Shown: piece by piece, positions 5,675 through 5,729 of the stretch
Layout of the letters: every line of letters starts with the position of its first letter
How positions within the stretch are numbered: the stretch's first letter is position 1
Virus record (IMG/VR): IMGVR_UViG_2695420658_000001
Source: a virus
Taxonomy: Duplodnaviria; Heunggongvirae; Uroviricota; Caudoviricetes
Direction: 5' to 3' (one strand)
Length of the DNA stretch: 5,729 nucleotides
The notes under the pieces: generated by a model
Database searches by the model: none
Seen by the model: the letters and a program-made list of their open reading frames with translations, nothing else
What the model was told of the DNA's origin: nothing
Translations under genes and position numbers: made by a program

Positions 5675-5729
5675 GGCCCTTTAGCTCAGTTGGTCAGAGC
5701 GAGCGACTCATAATCGCCAGGTCGCTGGT
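5675..5729 (+). tRNA. ileZ: tRNA-Ile (anticodon CAU, lysidine-type, ileX/ileZ-like), 5' portion; truncated by window end
   Basis: GGCCCTTTAGCTCAGTTGGTCAGAGCGAGCGACTCATAATCGCCAGGTCGCTGGT closely parallels E. coli ileX as I recall it. D-arm AGCTCAGTTGGTCAGAGC; anticodon loop CTCATAA with CAT at 5709-5711. Met versus Ile2 cannot be fully settled from the anticodon alone. Confidence 0.8.

Noticed and set aside
1-5729. CRISPR arrays, IS elements or integrase / att sites
   Set aside because: No spaced short direct repeats, no terminal inverted repeats with transposase ORFs, and no recombinase genes are visible. The only repeats are those tied to the N-runs and the 196-bp cassette.

Overview
This window reads as the replication / nin / late-control region of a lambdoid (P22-, phage 82-, Stx-phage-like) enterobacterial prophage, with every supported gene on the + strand. 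In order: a DnaB-family replicative helicase, a small hypothetical protein, RusA resolvase, a QuuD-like Q antiterminator with a candidate late promoter and terminator, a DUF1367-like protein, a YbcO-like protein, a second 184-aa Q-like candidate regulator, an ORF6N-domain protein, and the 5' part of a tRNA-Ile(CAU) gene at the window edge. Three N-runs (1990-2077, 2966-3026, 5513-5549) interrupt the sequence, and each is associated with exactly or nearly duplicated sequence. The first almost certainly is an assembly artefact, since collapsing it restores a 120-aa RusA. A perfect 196-bp repeat carrying a terminator hairpin and a near-consensus promoter follows both Q-like genes, so the locus is either a real mosaic with two late-control modules or a chimeric scaffold. 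The most interesting unexplained content is the ORF6N-domain gene sitting in the antitermination-gated cargo position before the tRNA, and the second Q-like regulator. All protein family assignments come from motif recall by eye; no database search was run.
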